Assembly (NCBI GenBank): GCA_965204535.1
Contig: CBDBEV010000001.1
Span: 2,272,001 to 2,336,000 of the forward strand
Direction: 5' to 3'
DNA from: a bacterium
GTDB taxonomy: Bacteria > UBA8248
DNA length: 64,000 nt
This document shows, piece by piece, positions 9,544-20,621 of the stretch. Positions within the stretch are counted from its first letter, which is position 1. The number at the start of each line of letters is the position of its first letter. The position numbers and the translations under genes are program-made. A model generated the notes under the pieces. It saw only the letters and a list, made by a program, of their open reading frames with translations. It did no database searches and was not told where the DNA came from.

Positions 9544-11274
9544 ATGCAGCAAGCCGGCGTTAGGGCGATTCCGCGTGGAGCGTCGGCGCGATCACTCATA
9601 TCTCGCGTCCTTATTCTGGTTTTCGCGCTCGGCTTTGGCTTGGCCGCAAGGGGAGAAGCGCGAACCGAAACGTTTTCACCGGCCATCCAGGCGGAAATCG
9701 CACAGTTAGGATCGAAGAATCGAAAGAAAAGAAGACGCGCTGCCCTCGGTCTCGCGAAGCGCCTCGAGCCAAAGCTGCTACCCCTTCTTTTGGCGCTTCG
9801 CGAGGGCAGCCTTTTTCGCTGGAAGCCTGATTCGGGCGAGACCCGGTTCGTCATCGGCGGAGACGCCGTGACGCGAGACGATAAGGAATACGTTCCCCTT
9901 TTCTCGATTCATGGAAAAAAACAGCTCACCTCCGCAGACGGGAAACCCCTTTTCGTTCCCGATGAACAACTCGGTAAAATCCGCGCCGGCAGAAGAATCC
10001 GCCGCGCCATCAAGCCCTATCTGAACCAGCTCCAAAGCTCGGCGCAGCTCGATTCCGCCGACCCGAACGTGCGCCGCGCGGCAGCCACGCGGATGGCGCG
10101 GGTGGGGGATAAGAACCTCATCCCGCTGCTCGACAAGGTCCTCAAGAACGAGACCCACTGGCTGGGCCGCCATGCGCTCATCGAGGCGAAGGCGCTGATC
10201 CGGTTGAAATCGACGGATCCCGAAGAGAGGCGCTCAGCCGCCGCCGCCCTCGGCGAGATTCACGGGCTGAACGCCGTCTCGGTGCTCCAGCGCCTGGCGG
10301 ATAAGGACGCCGACGCTTCCGTGCGCGCGGCGGCGAGCGAAGCCATCGGGGAGATCGAGGACTACCAGAGCTGGACGGCGACGATCGACACCCTGTTCCG
10401 GGGCATGAGCCTGGGCTCCATCCTGTTGCTGATGGCGCTGGGGCTGGCCATCGTCTTCGGCTTGATGGGCGTCATCAACATGGCGCACGGGGAGTTGATG
10501 ATGCTTGGCGCCTACGCCACCTTCATCATCCAGGGTGTTTTCATCTCGTATCTGCCGCAGAATTACTTCGGCTGGTATTTCTTGCTGGCGCTACCCGTCG
10601 CGTTCCTGGCCTCGGCCCTGATGGGCTGGCTCATGGAGATTTCCATTATCCGACATCTGTACGGCCGTCCGCTGGAGACGCTGCTGACCACTTGGGGGAT
10701 CAGCCTGATTCTCCGGCAAGCCGTCCGCCAGGTGTTCGGCGCGCAGAACGTGGACGTGAAATCTCCCGAATGGCTGAGCGGGGGCTATCACCTGATGGTC
10801 GGCGTCCAGTTCCCCTACAACCGCATGTTCATCATCGCGCTGGCCGTCTTCTGCGTGGCGGGCACGTATCTCTTCCTCTTCCGCACGCGGGCGGGCCTGC
10901 GGATTCGCGCCGTGACCCAGAACCGGGGCATGAGCACTTGCCTGGGCGTTCCTTCCCGCCGCGTGGACGCGGGCACGTTCGCCTTCGGCGCGGGGCTGGC
11001 CGGCATGGCGGGCGCGGCCCTGAGCCAGGTCGGTAACGTGGGGCCCGATTTGGGGCAGAACTACATCGTGGATTCGTTCATGGTGGTGGTGACGGGCGGC
11101 GTCGGCAAGATTCTCGGAACCATCGTGGCGGGCTTCGGCATCGGCGGCATGAACAAGATGCTCGAGCCGGCGATGGGCGCGGTGTTCGGCAAGGTGGTGA
11201 TTCTGGTTCTGGTGATCCTCTTCCTGCAGAGAAGGCCGGAGGGGCTGTTCGCCGTCCGCACGAGAGGGGCTTGA
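9544..11274 (+). CDS. urtB: Urea ABC transporter permease with N-terminal HEAT-repeat-like soluble domain
   Basis: GLMGVINMAHGE and LYGRPLETLL motifs; N-terminal DPNVRRAAA / DASVRAAA repeats; AGGAGG RBS before ATG 9544. Confidence 0.9.
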   Translation: MQQAGVRAIPRGASARSLISRVLILVFALGFGLAARGEARTETFSPAIQAEIAQLGSKNRKKRRRAALGLAKRLEPKLLPLLLALREGSLFRWKPDSGETRFVIGGDAVTRDDKEYVPLFSIHGKKQLTSADGKPLFVPDEQLGKIRAGRRIRRAIKPYLNQLQSSAQLDSADPNVRRAAATRMARVGDKNLIPLLDKVLKNETHWLGRHALIEAKALIRLKSTDPEERRSAAAALGEIHGLNAVSVLQRLADKDADASVRAAASEAIGEIEDYQSWTATIDTLFRGMSLGSILLLMALGLAIVFGLMGVINMAHGELMMLGAYATFIIQGVFISYLPQNYFGWYFLLALPVAFLASALMGWLMEISIIRHLYGRPLETLLTTWGISLILRQAVRQVFGAQNVDVKSPEWLSGGYHLMVGVQFPYNRMFIIALAVFCVAGTYLFLFRTRAGLRIRAVTQNRGMSTCLGVPSRRVDAGTFAFGAGLAGMAGAALSQVGNVGPDLGQNYIVDSFMVVVTGGVGKILGTIVAGFGIGGMNKMLEPAMGAVFGKVVILVLVILFLQRRPEGLFAVRTRGA

Positions 11275-11280
11275 TACGCA

Positions 11281-12447
11281 ATGCCGGGTGAAACTTTGGT
11301 GGACAGGATGGAGAAGAAAGTCGGCGGCGTCGTGCTCGTGATCGCGGCGCTGTGGTTCATCGTCGCCATGCCCTCGCTGAACGCCTTCGGGACGCCGGGT
11401 TCGTTTTTCCATGTTTCTGATTTCACGCTCAATCTGTTCGGAAAATTCCTGGCCTACGCCATCTTGGCGCTGGGTCTCGACTTGATATGGGGCTACACCG
11501 GCATCCTGAGCATGGGCCACGGCGTATTCTTCGGCCTGGGCGCGTATTGCATGGGCATGTACTTGACACTCGAGATCGGCGGCGAGGGGGTCTACCAGAG
11601 CAAGCTGCCCGATTTCATGGTCTGGAACCGGGTGAAGGAGCTGCCCCTGTTCTGGAAACCGTTCCACTCGTTCTTCTTCACCACGCTCGCGGTGGCGGTG
11701 GTGCCCGGTATGCTTGCGGCCGTCTTCGGCTTCCTCGCCTTCAGGACGCGGGTGCGCGGCGTGTACTTCGCCATCATCACGCAGGCGCTGGCACTCTCCG
11801 CCTGGCTCGTCTTCAACAGGAACGAGGTGAACCTGGGCGGAACGAACGGCCTCACCAACTTCAAGAAAATCCTCGGCTTCACGCTCACCGAAGCGTCCAC
11901 GCAGCGGGGGCTTTACGTCGCAACCGCGCTCGCGCTATGCGGCGCGTACCTGCTCTGCCGCTGGATAGTGAAATCGCGCGCCGGGAAGATTTTATTGGCG
12001 ATTCGGGACGCGGAGAACCGCGTGCTCTATTCCGGCTACACGCCCGCGAACTACAAGGTATTCGTCTTCACCGTATCCGCCATGCTGGCGGGGGTCGCGG
12101 GCGCGCTGTACGCCCCCCAGGTGGGCATCATCACCCCCGGGCGGATCGGCGTGCTGCCCTCCATCGAGATGGTCATCTGGGTGGCGGTCGGAGGACGGGG
12201 GTCGCTCATCGGCGCCGTGGTCGGCGCTGTCGGGGTGAACTGGGCGCGGAGCTACCTCACGTCGAGTTATCCGGATTACTGGCTCTATTTCCTGGGCGGC
12301 ATATTCGTCCTGGTCGTCCAGTTCTTCCCGGACGGCATCCTCGGCGTGGTGCGCGATGCGCCCCGCAAGCTGGAAAAGTGGGTCCGCCGAACGAATCGCC
12401 CGGCGGCCGGGGATGAGGGCCTTGCGCCTGTGCGCAGCGAGGGCTAG
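11281..12447 (+). CDS. urtC: Urea ABC transporter permease
   Basis: DLIWGYTGILSMGHG, LPDFM, GVYFAIITQA, GGTNG and WVAVGGRG motifs. Confidence 0.93.
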   Translation: MPGETLVDRMEKKVGGVVLVIAALWFIVAMPSLNAFGTPGSFFHVSDFTLNLFGKFLAYAILALGLDLIWGYTGILSMGHGVFFGLGAYCMGMYLTLEIGGEGVYQSKLPDFMVWNRVKELPLFWKPFHSFFFTTLAVAVVPGMLAAVFGFLAFRTRVRGVYFAIITQALALSAWLVFNRNEVNLGGTNGLTNFKKILGFTLTEASTQRGLYVATALALCGAYLLCRWIVKSRAGKILLAIRDAENRVLYSGYTPANYKVFVFTVSAMLAGVAGALYAPQVGIITPGRIGVLPSIEMVIWVAVGGRGSLIGAVVGAVGVNWARSYLTSSYPDYWLYFLGGIFVLVVQFFPDGILGVVRDAPRKLEKWVRRTNRPAAGDEGLAPVRSEG

Positions 12448-12456
12448 GGGGAAAGC

Positions 12457-13224
12457 ATGACGCTGACGTCGAAAAGCATACTCTACATGGAAGACGTGTT
12501 CGTCGTCTTCGACGGCTTCAAGGCGCTGAACGCGCTCAACTTCAGCATGGACAAGGGGGAGCTTCGCTGCGTCATCGGCCCGAACGGCGCGGGGAAAACG
12601 ACGCTCCTGGACGTCGTGACCGGCAAGGTAAAGCCCGATTCGGGACGGGTCGTATTCAAGGAGAAAACCAACCTCGCGCGGATGCGCCAGGAGGAGATAT
12701 CGAACGCGGGGATCGGCAGAAAATTCCAGACGCCGACGATTTACGAGAACCTGACGGTGCGCGATAATCTCGAACTCTCCGTGAAGCAGGACAAGAAGGT
12801 GACCTCGCTCCTTTTCGGCGGGGCTACGCCCGAGGCGCAAGAGCGCGTCGAGGAGACGCTCGACGTCATCGGCCTCGCTTCGAAGAGCGGCTGGCGGGCC
12901 GGTCTGCTCGCCCACGGCGAGAAGCAGTGGCTCGAGATCGGCATGGTGGTGGTGCAGGACCCCGACTTGCTCCTCGTCGATGAGCCCGTGGCCGGCATGA
13001 CGGAGGGGGAGACGGAGAAGACGGCGGCGTTATTGAGGCGCATCGCCGAGCATCGCTCGGTCCTCGTCATCGAACACGACATGAAATTCGTGCGCGAGAT
13101 CGCCGAGCGCGTCACCGTGCTGCACGAGGGCGCGGTGATATGCGAGGGCTCCATCGACCACGTTCACAAGGACGAGCGGGTGGTCGAACTCTATCTGGGC
13201 AGGGGAAGCGAGGAACATGCTTAG
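12457..13224 (+). CDS. urtD: Urea ABC transporter ATP-binding protein
   Basis: Walker A GPNGAGKT; GRKFQTP, LAHGEKQWLEIGM and DEPVAGMT motifs. Confidence 0.93.
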   Translation: MTLTSKSILYMEDVFVVFDGFKALNALNFSMDKGELRCVIGPNGAGKTTLLDVVTGKVKPDSGRVVFKEKTNLARMRQEEISNAGIGRKFQTPTIYENLTVRDNLELSVKQDKKVTSLLFGGATPEAQERVEETLDVIGLASKSGWRAGLLAHGEKQWLEIGMVVVQDPDLLLVDEPVAGMTEGETEKTAALLRRIAEHRSVLVIEHDMKFVREIAERVTVLHEGAVICEGSIDHVHKDERVVELYLGRGSEEHA

Positions 13225-13912
13225 GGTGGACGGGCTGCACGCCTACTACGGGGAGAGCCACATTCTGCGCGGCCTCGACCTCGAGGTGCGTCCCGGCGAA
13301 ATCGCGGGCATCATCGGCAGAAACGGCATGGGCAAGACCACGTTCCTGAAATCCATCGTCGGTCTGCTCAGGCCCAAGCTCGGGAGAATCGAGTTCCTGG
13401 AGCGCAACATCACCGCGTCGAGGCCCGAGGCGCGCGCGAGGCTCGGCGTCGCTTACGTCCCCCAGGGTCGGGAGATTTTCCCCCAGCTCAGCGTGCACGA
13501 GAATCTCCTGCTGGGGCTGGAAGCCCACCCCGAACGCCCCAGATATTATGATGAAAGCGTATTCGAGCTTTTCCCCGTCTTGAAGGAGATGCTCGGAAGA
13601 AAGGGAGGGGTGCTGAGCGGCGGCCAGCAGCAGCAACTCGCCATCGCCCGCGCCCTGGTGAGCGAACCCAGGCTCTTGCTGCTCGACGAGCCGACCGAGG
13701 GCATTCAGCCCTCCATCATCATGGACATCGAGAGCGTTCTGTGGAAGATCAAGGAACGCGGCGACGTAGGAATAATACTGGTGGAGCAGTACCTGGAGTT
13801 CGCCTGGCGGCTTTCGGATCGATACTACGTGATGGAAAAAGGAGAGTTCACGGCCACGGGAGAGGCGCAGGGCGAGTGCGACGCCGCGCTGCTCGACCGC
13901 CTGACCGCCTAG
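13217..13912 (+). CDS. urtE: Urea ABC transporter ATP-binding protein
   Basis: GRNGMGKT, YVPQGREIF, LSGGQQQQLAI and DEPTEGIQPS motifs. Confidence 0.93.
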   Translation: MLRVDGLHAYYGESHILRGLDLEVRPGEIAGIIGRNGMGKTTFLKSIVGLLRPKLGRIEFLERNITASRPEARARLGVAYVPQGREIFPQLSVHENLLLGLEAHPERPRYYDESVFELFPVLKEMLGRKGGVLSGGQQQQLAIARALVSEPRLLLLDEPTEGIQPSIIMDIESVLWKIKERGDVGIILVEQYLEFAWRLSDRYYVMEKGEFTATGEAQGECDAALLDRLTA

Positions 13913-13948
13913 GGCCGCTCGCAGGAGTTTACTGACAGGAGGCAGACG

Positions 13949-14254
13949 ATGCATCTGACCCCGAGGGAGCAGGAGAAGCTCCTCGTTTTCGTTGCGGCGG
14001 AGTTGGCGCAGAAGCGCCGCGCGCGGGGCCTCAAGCTCAATTACCCCGAAGCCGTCAGCATCATCACGGCCGAGGTGCTCGAAGGCGCGCGCGACGGCAA
14101 GTCCGTCGCCGAACTGATGCGCTACGGCGCGACGATTCTCACGCGAGACGACGTCATGGAGGGCGTGCCCGAGATGATTCACGAGGTGCAGGTCGAGGGC
14201 ACGTTCCCCGACGGCACCAAGCTCGTGACGGTGCACGACCCGATTCGCGGCTGA
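13949..14254 (+). CDS. ureA: Urease gamma subunit
   Basis: [19 protein letters not shown] and [15 protein letters not shown]. Confidence 0.98.
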   Translation: MHLTPREQEKLLVFVAAELAQKRRARGLKLNYPEAVSIITAEVLEGARDGKSVAELMRYGATILTRDDVMEGVPEMIHEVQVEGTFPDGTKLVTVHDPIRG

Positions 14255-14264
14255 AGGAGAGGGC

Positions 14265-14636
14265 ATGATACCCGGCGAATACATTCTGGCGGAGGGCGAG
14301 ATCGTCCTGAACGAAGGGCGCGAGACCGCCACGCTCCTCGTGGCGAACCGGGGCGACAGGCCCATACAGGTGGGTTCCCACTTTCATTTTTTTGAAGTCA
14401 ACCGCCTGCTCGATTTCGACAGGAAGGCGGCGTTCGGCATGCGGCTGGACATCCCGGCGGGAACGGCGGTGCGCTTCGAGCCTGGCGATGAGAAGGAGGT
14501 GACGCTCGTCGCCTTCGGGGGGGCGCGCACCGCCATGGGGCTGAACGCGCTGACCGAAGGCGCGCTCGACTCGGCCGCCGTGCGCGAGGGCGCGATGGAG
14601 AAAGCCCGCGCCGAGGGATACGGGGGGACGGACTGA
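14265..14636 (+). CDS. ureB: Urease beta subunit
   Basis: [20 protein letters not shown] and GTAVRFEPG. Confidence 0.98.
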   Translation: MIPGEYILAEGEIVLNEGRETATLLVANRGDRPIQVGSHFHFFEVNRLLDFDRKAAFGMRLDIPAGTAVRFEPGDEKEVTLVAFGGARTAMGLNALTEGALDSAAVREGAMEKARAEGYGGTD

Positions 14637-16348
14637 TGGCTTTTCGAATGGACAGGCGCGCCTACGCCGACATGTTCGGCCCCACGGTGGGGGACAAGGT
14701 GCGCCTCGCGGACACCGAGCTTTTCATCGAGGTCGAAGAAGACCGCACCGTCTACGGAGACGAGTCGAAGTTCGGCGGCGGCAAGGTGATCCGCGACGGG
14801 ATGGGCCAATCCCCCACCGAGACGCGCGAAGCCGACGCGCTCGACCTGCTCATCACGAACGCGCTGATCCTCGACTACTGGGGCGTGGTGAAGGCGGACG
14901 TTGGCGTCAAGGACGGAAAAATCGTCGGGGTCGGCAAGTCGGGCAACCCCCACCTGATGCATGGGGTGGATATGACTATCGGCGCCGCCACGGAAGTCCT
15001 GGCGGGCGAGGGGATGATTCTCACCGCGGGCGGCATCGACACCCACATCCACTTCATCTGTCCCCAGCAGATAGACGAGGCGCTTTCCTCGGGCGTCACC
15101 ACCATGTTCGGCGGGGGAACCGGCCCCGCCACGGGCACGAACGCCACCACCTGCACCCCGGGTGCGTGGAACATCGCCCGGATGCTCCAGGCGGCGGAGG
15201 CCTACCCCATGAACCTGGGCTTCCTGGGCAAGGGGAACGCCTCGCGCCCCGAGCCGCTTATCGAGCAGATCCGCGCGGGCGCGGTGGGGCTGAAACTCCA
15301 TGAGGACTGGGGAACCACGCCCGCGGCGATCGATTGCTGCCTCGGCGTGGCGGAGGATATGGATGTGCAGGTCTGCATCCACACCGACACGCTCAACGAA
15401 TCGGGCTTCGTCGAGACCTCCATCGCCGCGTTCAAGGGCCGGACCATCCACACCTACCACACCGAAGGGGCGGGCGGCGGCCACGCGCCCGACATCATCC
15501 GCGTGTGCGGGGAGGCGGGCGTGCTGCCCTCCTCGACGAACCCCACGCGCCCCTTCACGGTGAACACGGTGGACGAGCATCTCGACATGCTGATGGTGTG
15601 CCACCACCTGGACAGCAAGATTCCCGAAGACGTGGCCTTCGCCGAGTCCAGAATCCGGGCGGAGACCATCGCGGCCGAGGACATTCTCCACGACATGGGC
15701 GCTTTCAGCATGATGGGTTCGGATTCCCAGGCCATGGGCCGCGTGGGCGAGGTGGTCATCCGCACCTGGCAGACGGCGGACAAGATGAAGCAACAGCGCG
15801 GCGCGCTGGCCGAGGAAAGCGGCGCCAACGACAACTACCGCGCGAAGCGCTACGTGGCGAAATACACCATCAACCCCGCGGTCGCGCACGGCATTTCCGA
15901 TTACGTCGGCTCTATCGAGGTGGGCAAGATGGCGGACATGGTGCTCTGGAAGCCCGCCTTCTTCGGCGTGAAGCCCGAAGTCGTGGTGAAGGGCGGCTTC
16001 ATCGCCCATGCGGCGATGGGCGACCCCAACGCTTCCATCCCCACCCCACAGCCCGTTCTGGGCCGGCCCATGTTCGGTTCGATGGGACGCGCGGTCGGCG
16101 CGACTTCCTACGCCTTCGTCTCTGGGGCGGCGGCGGAAGATCGACTGGGCGACACGCTGGGTCTCACCAAGATCGTCGCCCCCGTCTCGAACTGCCGCGC
16201 GATCGGCAAGAGGGACATGCGGCTGAACGACGCCCTGCCCGCGATCGAGGTCGATCCCGAGACTTACGTGGTGAAGGCGGACGGGGAGACGCTCACGTGT
16301 GAGCCCGCCGAGGTGCTCCCCATGGCGCAGCGGTATTTTCTTTTCTAG
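14636..16348 (+). CDS. ureC: Urease alpha subunit
   Basis: [37 protein letters not shown] and [10 protein letters not shown]. Confidence 0.99.
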   Translation: MAFRMDRRAYADMFGPTVGDKVRLADTELFIEVEEDRTVYGDESKFGGGKVIRDGMGQSPTETREADALDLLITNALILDYWGVVKADVGVKDGKIVGVGKSGNPHLMHGVDMTIGAATEVLAGEGMILTAGGIDTHIHFICPQQIDEALSSGVTTMFGGGTGPATGTNATTCTPGAWNIARMLQAAEAYPMNLGFLGKGNASRPEPLIEQIRAGAVGLKLHEDWGTTPAAIDCCLGVAEDMDVQVCIHTDTLNESGFVETSIAAFKGRTIHTYHTEGAGGGHAPDIIRVCGEAGVLPSSTNPTRPFTVNTVDEHLDMLMVCHHLDSKIPEDVAFAESRIRAETIAAEDILHDMGAFSMMGSDSQAMGRVGEVVIRTWQTADKMKQQRGALAEESGANDNYRAKRYVAKYTINPAVAHGISDYVGSIEVGKMADMVLWKPAFFGVKPEVVVKGGFIAHAAMGDPNASIPTPQPVLGRPMFGSMGRAVGATSYAFVSGAAAEDRLGDTLGLTKIVAPVSNCRAIGKRDMRLNDALPAIEVDPETYVVKADGETLTCEPAEVLPMAQRYFLF

Positions 16349-16357
16349 GAGGCGGCG

Positions 16358-16801
16358 ATGATCCTCGTCGAAGAAATTCGGGGCAGGCTCTGCGCGGATG
16401 AGAGCAGGCGCGTCGAGCGCGTGGCCCTGGGCTGGGAGGACAGGCTCAGGAGCCGCCAGCGCGTGTGTTCCGACTCGGGCACCGAAATCGGCGTTAAACT
16501 GCCGACCGGGCAGCCTCTGAGAGAGGGCGACGTTCTCTTCGAGGACGAGGAGCGCGTGGTGGTCGTCGCCGCGGTTCCCGAAGACGTGCTCGTTCTCTAT
16601 GCGGATTCACCTCTCGAGATGGGCCGGCTCTGCTATCAGGTGGGAAACCGCCACGCGCCGATCTGCGTTCAGGACGGCCGCGTCCTCACGCCCTACGACT
16701 CCGTGCTGGAGGCGTATTTCGTCAAGATGGGCGTCAGGTGCGAGAAGGCGAAAGAACCCTTCACGCACGATTTCGGCGCCTTTCACTCACACCACCACTA
16801 G
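16358..16801 (+). CDS. ureE: Urease accessory Ni chaperone
   Basis: LREGDVL, YQVGNRHAP motifs and a short His tail (HSHHH). Confidence 0.92.
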   Translation: MILVEEIRGRLCADESRRVERVALGWEDRLRSRQRVCSDSGTEIGVKLPTGQPLREGDVLFEDEERVVVVAAVPEDVLVLYADSPLEMGRLCYQVGNRHAPICVQDGRVLTPYDSVLEAYFVKMGVRCEKAKEPFTHDFGAFHSHHH

Positions 16802-16804
16802 AAG

Positions 16805-17485
16805 ATGAGCGCCTACCGGCTTCTGCAGATATCCGATTCCGCCTTCCCGCGCGGCGCCTTCGCGCATTCCTACGGCCTCGAAACCTACGTGGCGGAAGGG
16901 GCCATCGCCTCAGCGGCGGAGCTCGAAGAATTCATCGCCTCCGTCCTGCGCCACGGCGTGGCGACGCTCGACGGCGTCTACCTGCGCGAAGCGTTTCTGG
17001 CGAAAGGGGAGGACGACCTGCCGAAAGTCCTGGCGCTTGATGCCGCCTACGACGCCGCGCGGCCCGTGAAATCGCTGCGCGATGCGAGCAGGAGCGTGGG
17101 CCGCCAGTTCCTGCGCACGGCGCGGGGTTTCATAAGGGATACTTTGCTGGACGAGTTGGAAGAGGAGGCGAGGGTGGATCGGACTTCCGGCCACTACCCG
17201 ATAACACTTGGCTGCGTCGCCGGGGCCTTGGGACTTGGTTTTGAAGAGGGCCTCGAATCGCTTTGCTACGGCGTCGTCTCCGGCCTGGTATCCGCCGCGG
17301 TGCGGCTGGTCCCGCTCGGCCAGACGGAAGGCCAGCGCGTCATCTCGAATCTGGAAGGCGCGGTTCACGAGGCGGTCGAGACGGCTACTGCGCTTTCCTT
17401 GGAAGACGCGCACTCCTGGGGGCCGGGGCACGAGATAAGGGCCATGACGCACCGGAGGCTTCACACGCGATTGTTCGTTTCTTGA
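16805..17485 (+). CDS. ureF: Urease accessory protein
   Basis: [26 protein letters not shown] and C-terminal RLFVS. Confidence 0.95.
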   Translation: MSAYRLLQISDSAFPRGAFAHSYGLETYVAEGAIASAAELEEFIASVLRHGVATLDGVYLREAFLAKGEDDLPKVLALDAAYDAARPVKSLRDASRSVGRQFLRTARGFIRDTLLDELEEEARVDRTSGHYPITLGCVAGALGLGFEEGLESLCYGVVSGLVSAAVRLVPLGQTEGQRVISNLEGAVHEAVETATALSLEDAHSWGPGHEIRAMTHRRLHTRLFVS

Positions 17486-17496
17486 TGAGGAGGACG

Positions 17497-18114
17497 ATGA
17501 TGGAGAAAGCGCCCGTAAAGATAGGCGTGGGCGGGCCGGTCGGCTCCGGCAAGACGGCCCTGGTGGACAGGCTGTGCAAGCGGATGCGCGATACATACGC
17601 CATCGCCGTGGTGACGAACGACATCTACACGAAAGAGGATGCGGAGTTCCTGACGCGGAGCGGCGCGCTCGCAGCCGAGCGGATATCGGGCGTGGAGACG
17701 GGCGGATGTCCGCATACGGCGATCCGCGAGGACATATCCCTGAACCGCGAGGCCATGGAGATACTCGCCCGCGATTTTGACCCCTTGGACATCATTTTCG
17801 TGGAAAGCGGGGGCGACAACCTCGCCGCCACCTTCAGCCCCGAACTCGTGGACGCGTCGATCTACGTCATCGACGTGTCGGCGGGGGACAAGATTCCCCG
17901 AAAGGGCGGCCCCGGCATCACGCGCTCCGAACTCCTGCTGATCAACAAGATAGACCTGGCCCCGCTCGTGGGCGCGAGCCTCGAAGTCATGGACCGCGAC
18001 GCGCGCAAGATGCGCGGCGAGCGGCCGTTCCTGTTCACCAACCTGAAAGCCGAGCAGGGCCTGGATGAGGTGATCGGCTGGATCGAGCGCGAACTCCTCT
18101 TCGTGGGGGCCTGA
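17497..18114 (+). CDS. ureG: Urease accessory GTPase
   Basis: [28 protein letters not shown] and NKID motifs; GAGGAGG RBS. Confidence 0.97.
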   Translation: MMEKAPVKIGVGGPVGSGKTALVDRLCKRMRDTYAIAVVTNDIYTKEDAEFLTRSGALAAERISGVETGGCPHTAIREDISLNREAMEILARDFDPLDIIFVESGGDNLAATFSPELVDASIYVIDVSAGDKIPRKGGPGITRSELLLINKIDLAPLVGASLEVMDRDARKMRGERPFLFTNLKAEQGLDEVIGWIERELLFVGA

Positions 18115-18971
18115 TGCCGCTCGCGAGCGCCACGGCGCCCTCCCGGGTGGGACGCCACGGCGTCGCGCTCGCGCATTTTAAGCGTTCGGGGAGCCGTACA
18201 TATCTCGCGGATTCATTCTTCCGCGTGCCGCTTCAAGTGATGCGCCCCCTCTACCCCGAGGGGGGAACCCCGGCCCACATGACGCTCATCAACCCCACGG
18301 GCGGGCACGTGGGCGGCGATCTGCTGGAACTCGAAATCGCGCTCGATGAGGGCGCGTGCGTCTTGTGGACGACGCAGGGAGCCACCAAGGTCTACAAAAG
18401 CCTGGGCGAGCCGGTGGCCTCGACGACCAAAATCGAGATGGATTCAGGGAGCGGTCTCGAACTCCTGCCCGACCCCGTCATCCCCTATGCCGATTCCATC
18501 TATTTACAGGAGACGCGAATCTCCATGGCCGAGGGCGCGAAACTCCTCTACGGGGAATCGCTCTATCACGGCCGGGTCGCCTCGGGCGAGCATTTTGATT
18601 ATTCCACTCTGGGGTTGAAACTGCATATCGACTACGCGGGCGCGCCCCTCTTGCGCGACGTGATGGAGGTGAAGCCGGAAGATTCGAATCCCGAGCGCCT
18701 GGGCCTGTTCGAGCCGTATCCTTATCTCGGTTCTTTCTACATCGGGGGCGGGTCGGATGAAGAGTTGAACCTCATCGCGGAGCAGGTCGATTCTCTGCTG
18801 TCTGAAGCTTCCGGCCTGGCGGGCGGCTGCTCGCGGCTTTCCGGCCCCGGCGCGCTCGTCCGCTGGCTCGCGGATTCGCCCGAAGTCTTGAGGAAGACCC
18901 ACTTTGAAATCTGGAACGTCGCCAGAAATACGCTTTTCGGCCGGGAGGCGACGCCGCTCAGGAAGTTTTAG
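18114..18971 (+). CDS. ureD: Urease accessory protein UreD/UreH
   Basis: PLQVMRP, GGHVGGD, TTQGATKVYK and LPDPVIPY motifs, C-terminal LRKF; TGATG overlap with ureG. Confidence 0.92.
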   Translation: MPLASATAPSRVGRHGVALAHFKRSGSRTYLADSFFRVPLQVMRPLYPEGGTPAHMTLINPTGGHVGGDLLELEIALDEGACVLWTTQGATKVYKSLGEPVASTTKIEMDSGSGLELLPDPVIPYADSIYLQETRISMAEGAKLLYGESLYHGRVASGEHFDYSTLGLKLHIDYAGAPLLRDVMEVKPEDSNPERLGLFEPYPYLGSFYIGGGSDEELNLIAEQVDSLLSEASGLAGGCSRLSGPGALVRWLADSPEVLRKTHFEIWNVARNTLFGREATPLRKF

Positions 18972-19036
18972 GGGCGCGCGGTCTCGACGAAAGCGGATTC
19001 GTGAAACCTCCTGACGGGTCAAAAAGCGATGGTTCT

Positions 19037-19402
19037 GTAGGGGAGGACATATATGTCTGACCTGTGTGTCCTCCCCCTGCACGACGTTTTGATTGTGAGC
19101 TGTATGTAGGGGCCGCATACATGCGGCCCATGACCGGACGGCGAAAAATCTTGGGTCGCATATATGCGACCCCTACAGACCAAACCCGGCCGAGAAGGGG
19201 TTGTTGAAAAAGCCTTTGTTAAAAGAATAACCCCCCCTACCCCCCCTTGTCAGGGGGGTATGAAAAGGCGATGCGCCCCCGCCGGGCTGAGGGGCTTTTG
19301 CTCTTTTTTACCCCCCTGACAAGGGGGGGTAGGGGGGGTTGGTTTTCTGAGCGAGAGGGGTGTTCCCTCTGCCCCCCGAAAAGGAATTTTTTCAACGGCC
19401 CC
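19037..19402. repeat. Repeat mosaic: three GTAG-type REPs plus a MITE-like unit (19197-19402) with a long poly-C/poly-G hairpin
   Basis: REPs GTAGGGGAGGACATATATGTCT, GTAGGGGCCGCATACATGCGGCCC and GGGTCGCATATATGCGACCCCTAC. Ends GGGGTTGTTGAAAAA / TTTTTCAACGGCCCC. Internal CCCCCCTACCCCCCCTTGTCAGGGGGG...CCCCCCTGACAAGGGGGGGTAGGGGGG. Confidence 0.8.
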
Positions 19403-19420
19403 CTAAAGTCCGGCTCGCTG

Positions 19421-20443
19421 CTACTCTTCCGTGCTCTGGAAGTGGGGGAGGACTTCTTCACCTAGCAGGCGGATCGCGTTCATTATCTTGGCGTGATCGA
19501 GACCCGGGAACTGGATACGGAAGTGCATCGAGGTCGTTCCGAGTTCCTCCCGGTATCGTTCAATCTGGCGGATGCAGTCATCCGGCGAGCCCAGGATGAA
19601 GCGCTGCCTGAGATTTTCCGTGGCCTCGGCGCCTCGCTCCACGGGCTGGCCCTCGTCGTCCACGAGATGGCCCCAATCGAGATACTCCTGGTAGTTGTAG
19701 AGGATGGGTTCGCGCGCCTCCTCCCAGGCTTGTTCGCTCTCTTCGGCCACGTAGGCTTCTCGCCTCAGGGGGAATTCCACGCCGGACGTGTCCTTCCCCG
19801 CCTCGGCCAGGGCGTCGAGATAGACCTGTTTCCGCTCCTTGAGCAGCTTGAGCGGCGTGACCGGGTCGGCGAGCCATGCGTCTCCCATGCGCGCGGCGCG
19901 GCGGACGGCGGCGGGCAGCTTGGCTCCCACCCAGATGGGCGGGCAGGGCTTCTGCTCAGGCCGGGGCATGAGGGTGACGTCCTCCATCGGGAAGCAAGGG
20001 CCCGGGTGCGTCACGCCCCGCTCCGTCAGCAGCCTGCGAAGGAGCCCTAAAGCTTCTTCGAAACGCGCGGCGCGGTCCTCGAAAGGAACATTGAACGCCG
20101 CGAATTCCTCCCGCCTGTAGCCGAGTCCCACCCCCAGCACGAAACGGCCCCGCGACATGATGTCCAGCACCGCGGCGTCCTCGGCCACCGCCAGCGGGTG
20201 ATAGAAGGGCAGGAGGAGGACGCAGGTGCCGACGCGCATCTTCTCCGTGCGGGTGGCGATGCCGGCGGCGGTCACCATGTTGGAGGGGAAATAGCCGTTG
20301 TCTTCCACCATGTGGTGCTCGCTCGTCGTCACCATGTCGAAGCCGTACTGCTCCGCCAGTTCGATCTGCTCCAGCGAATTGTGATAGGCGTCCACCCAGT
20401 GCCCGGTGCGGGACTGGTAGCTGTAGTGCAAGGCGAACTTCAT
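19421..20443 (-). CDS. LLM-class (luciferase-like) flavin-dependent oxidoreductase
   Basis: GFD...SEHH, HPLAVAEDAAVLD, SRGRFVLGVGLGYR and PRPEQKPCPPIWVG motifs; AGGAGG RBS before ATG 20443. Confidence 0.92.
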   Translation of the reverse strand: MKFALHYSYQSRTGHWVDAYHNSLEQIELAEQYGFDMVTTSEHHMVEDNGYFPSNMVTAAGIATRTEKMRVGTCVLLLPFYHPLAVAEDAAVLDIMSRGRFVLGVGLGYRREEFAAFNVPFEDRAARFEEALGLLRRLLTERGVTHPGPCFPMEDVTLMPRPEQKPCPPIWVGAKLPAAVRRAARMGDAWLADPVTPLKLLKERKQVYLDALAEAGKDTSGVEFPLRREAYVAEESEQAWEEAREPILYNYQEYLDWGHLVDDEGQPVERGAEATENLRQRFILGSPDDCIRQIERYREELGTTSMHFRIQFPGLDHAKIMNAIRLLGEEVLPHFQSTEE

Positions 20444-20621
20444 GTTTCGTCCTCCTGAACGCATGCGGTTTCGCCGGAAACGGCTGCGTTCCCGCCATGT
20501 GACGCGAAGCCCGGGGGCGGCGATTTCAAGGGCGAACTTCGCTCCGCGCCCCCGGCCGGCCTCAGGCGCCGGGGCCGGCCGGGGCCGTTATTCTCGGTCT
20601 TGCGCAACTACCGCGAAGCGG

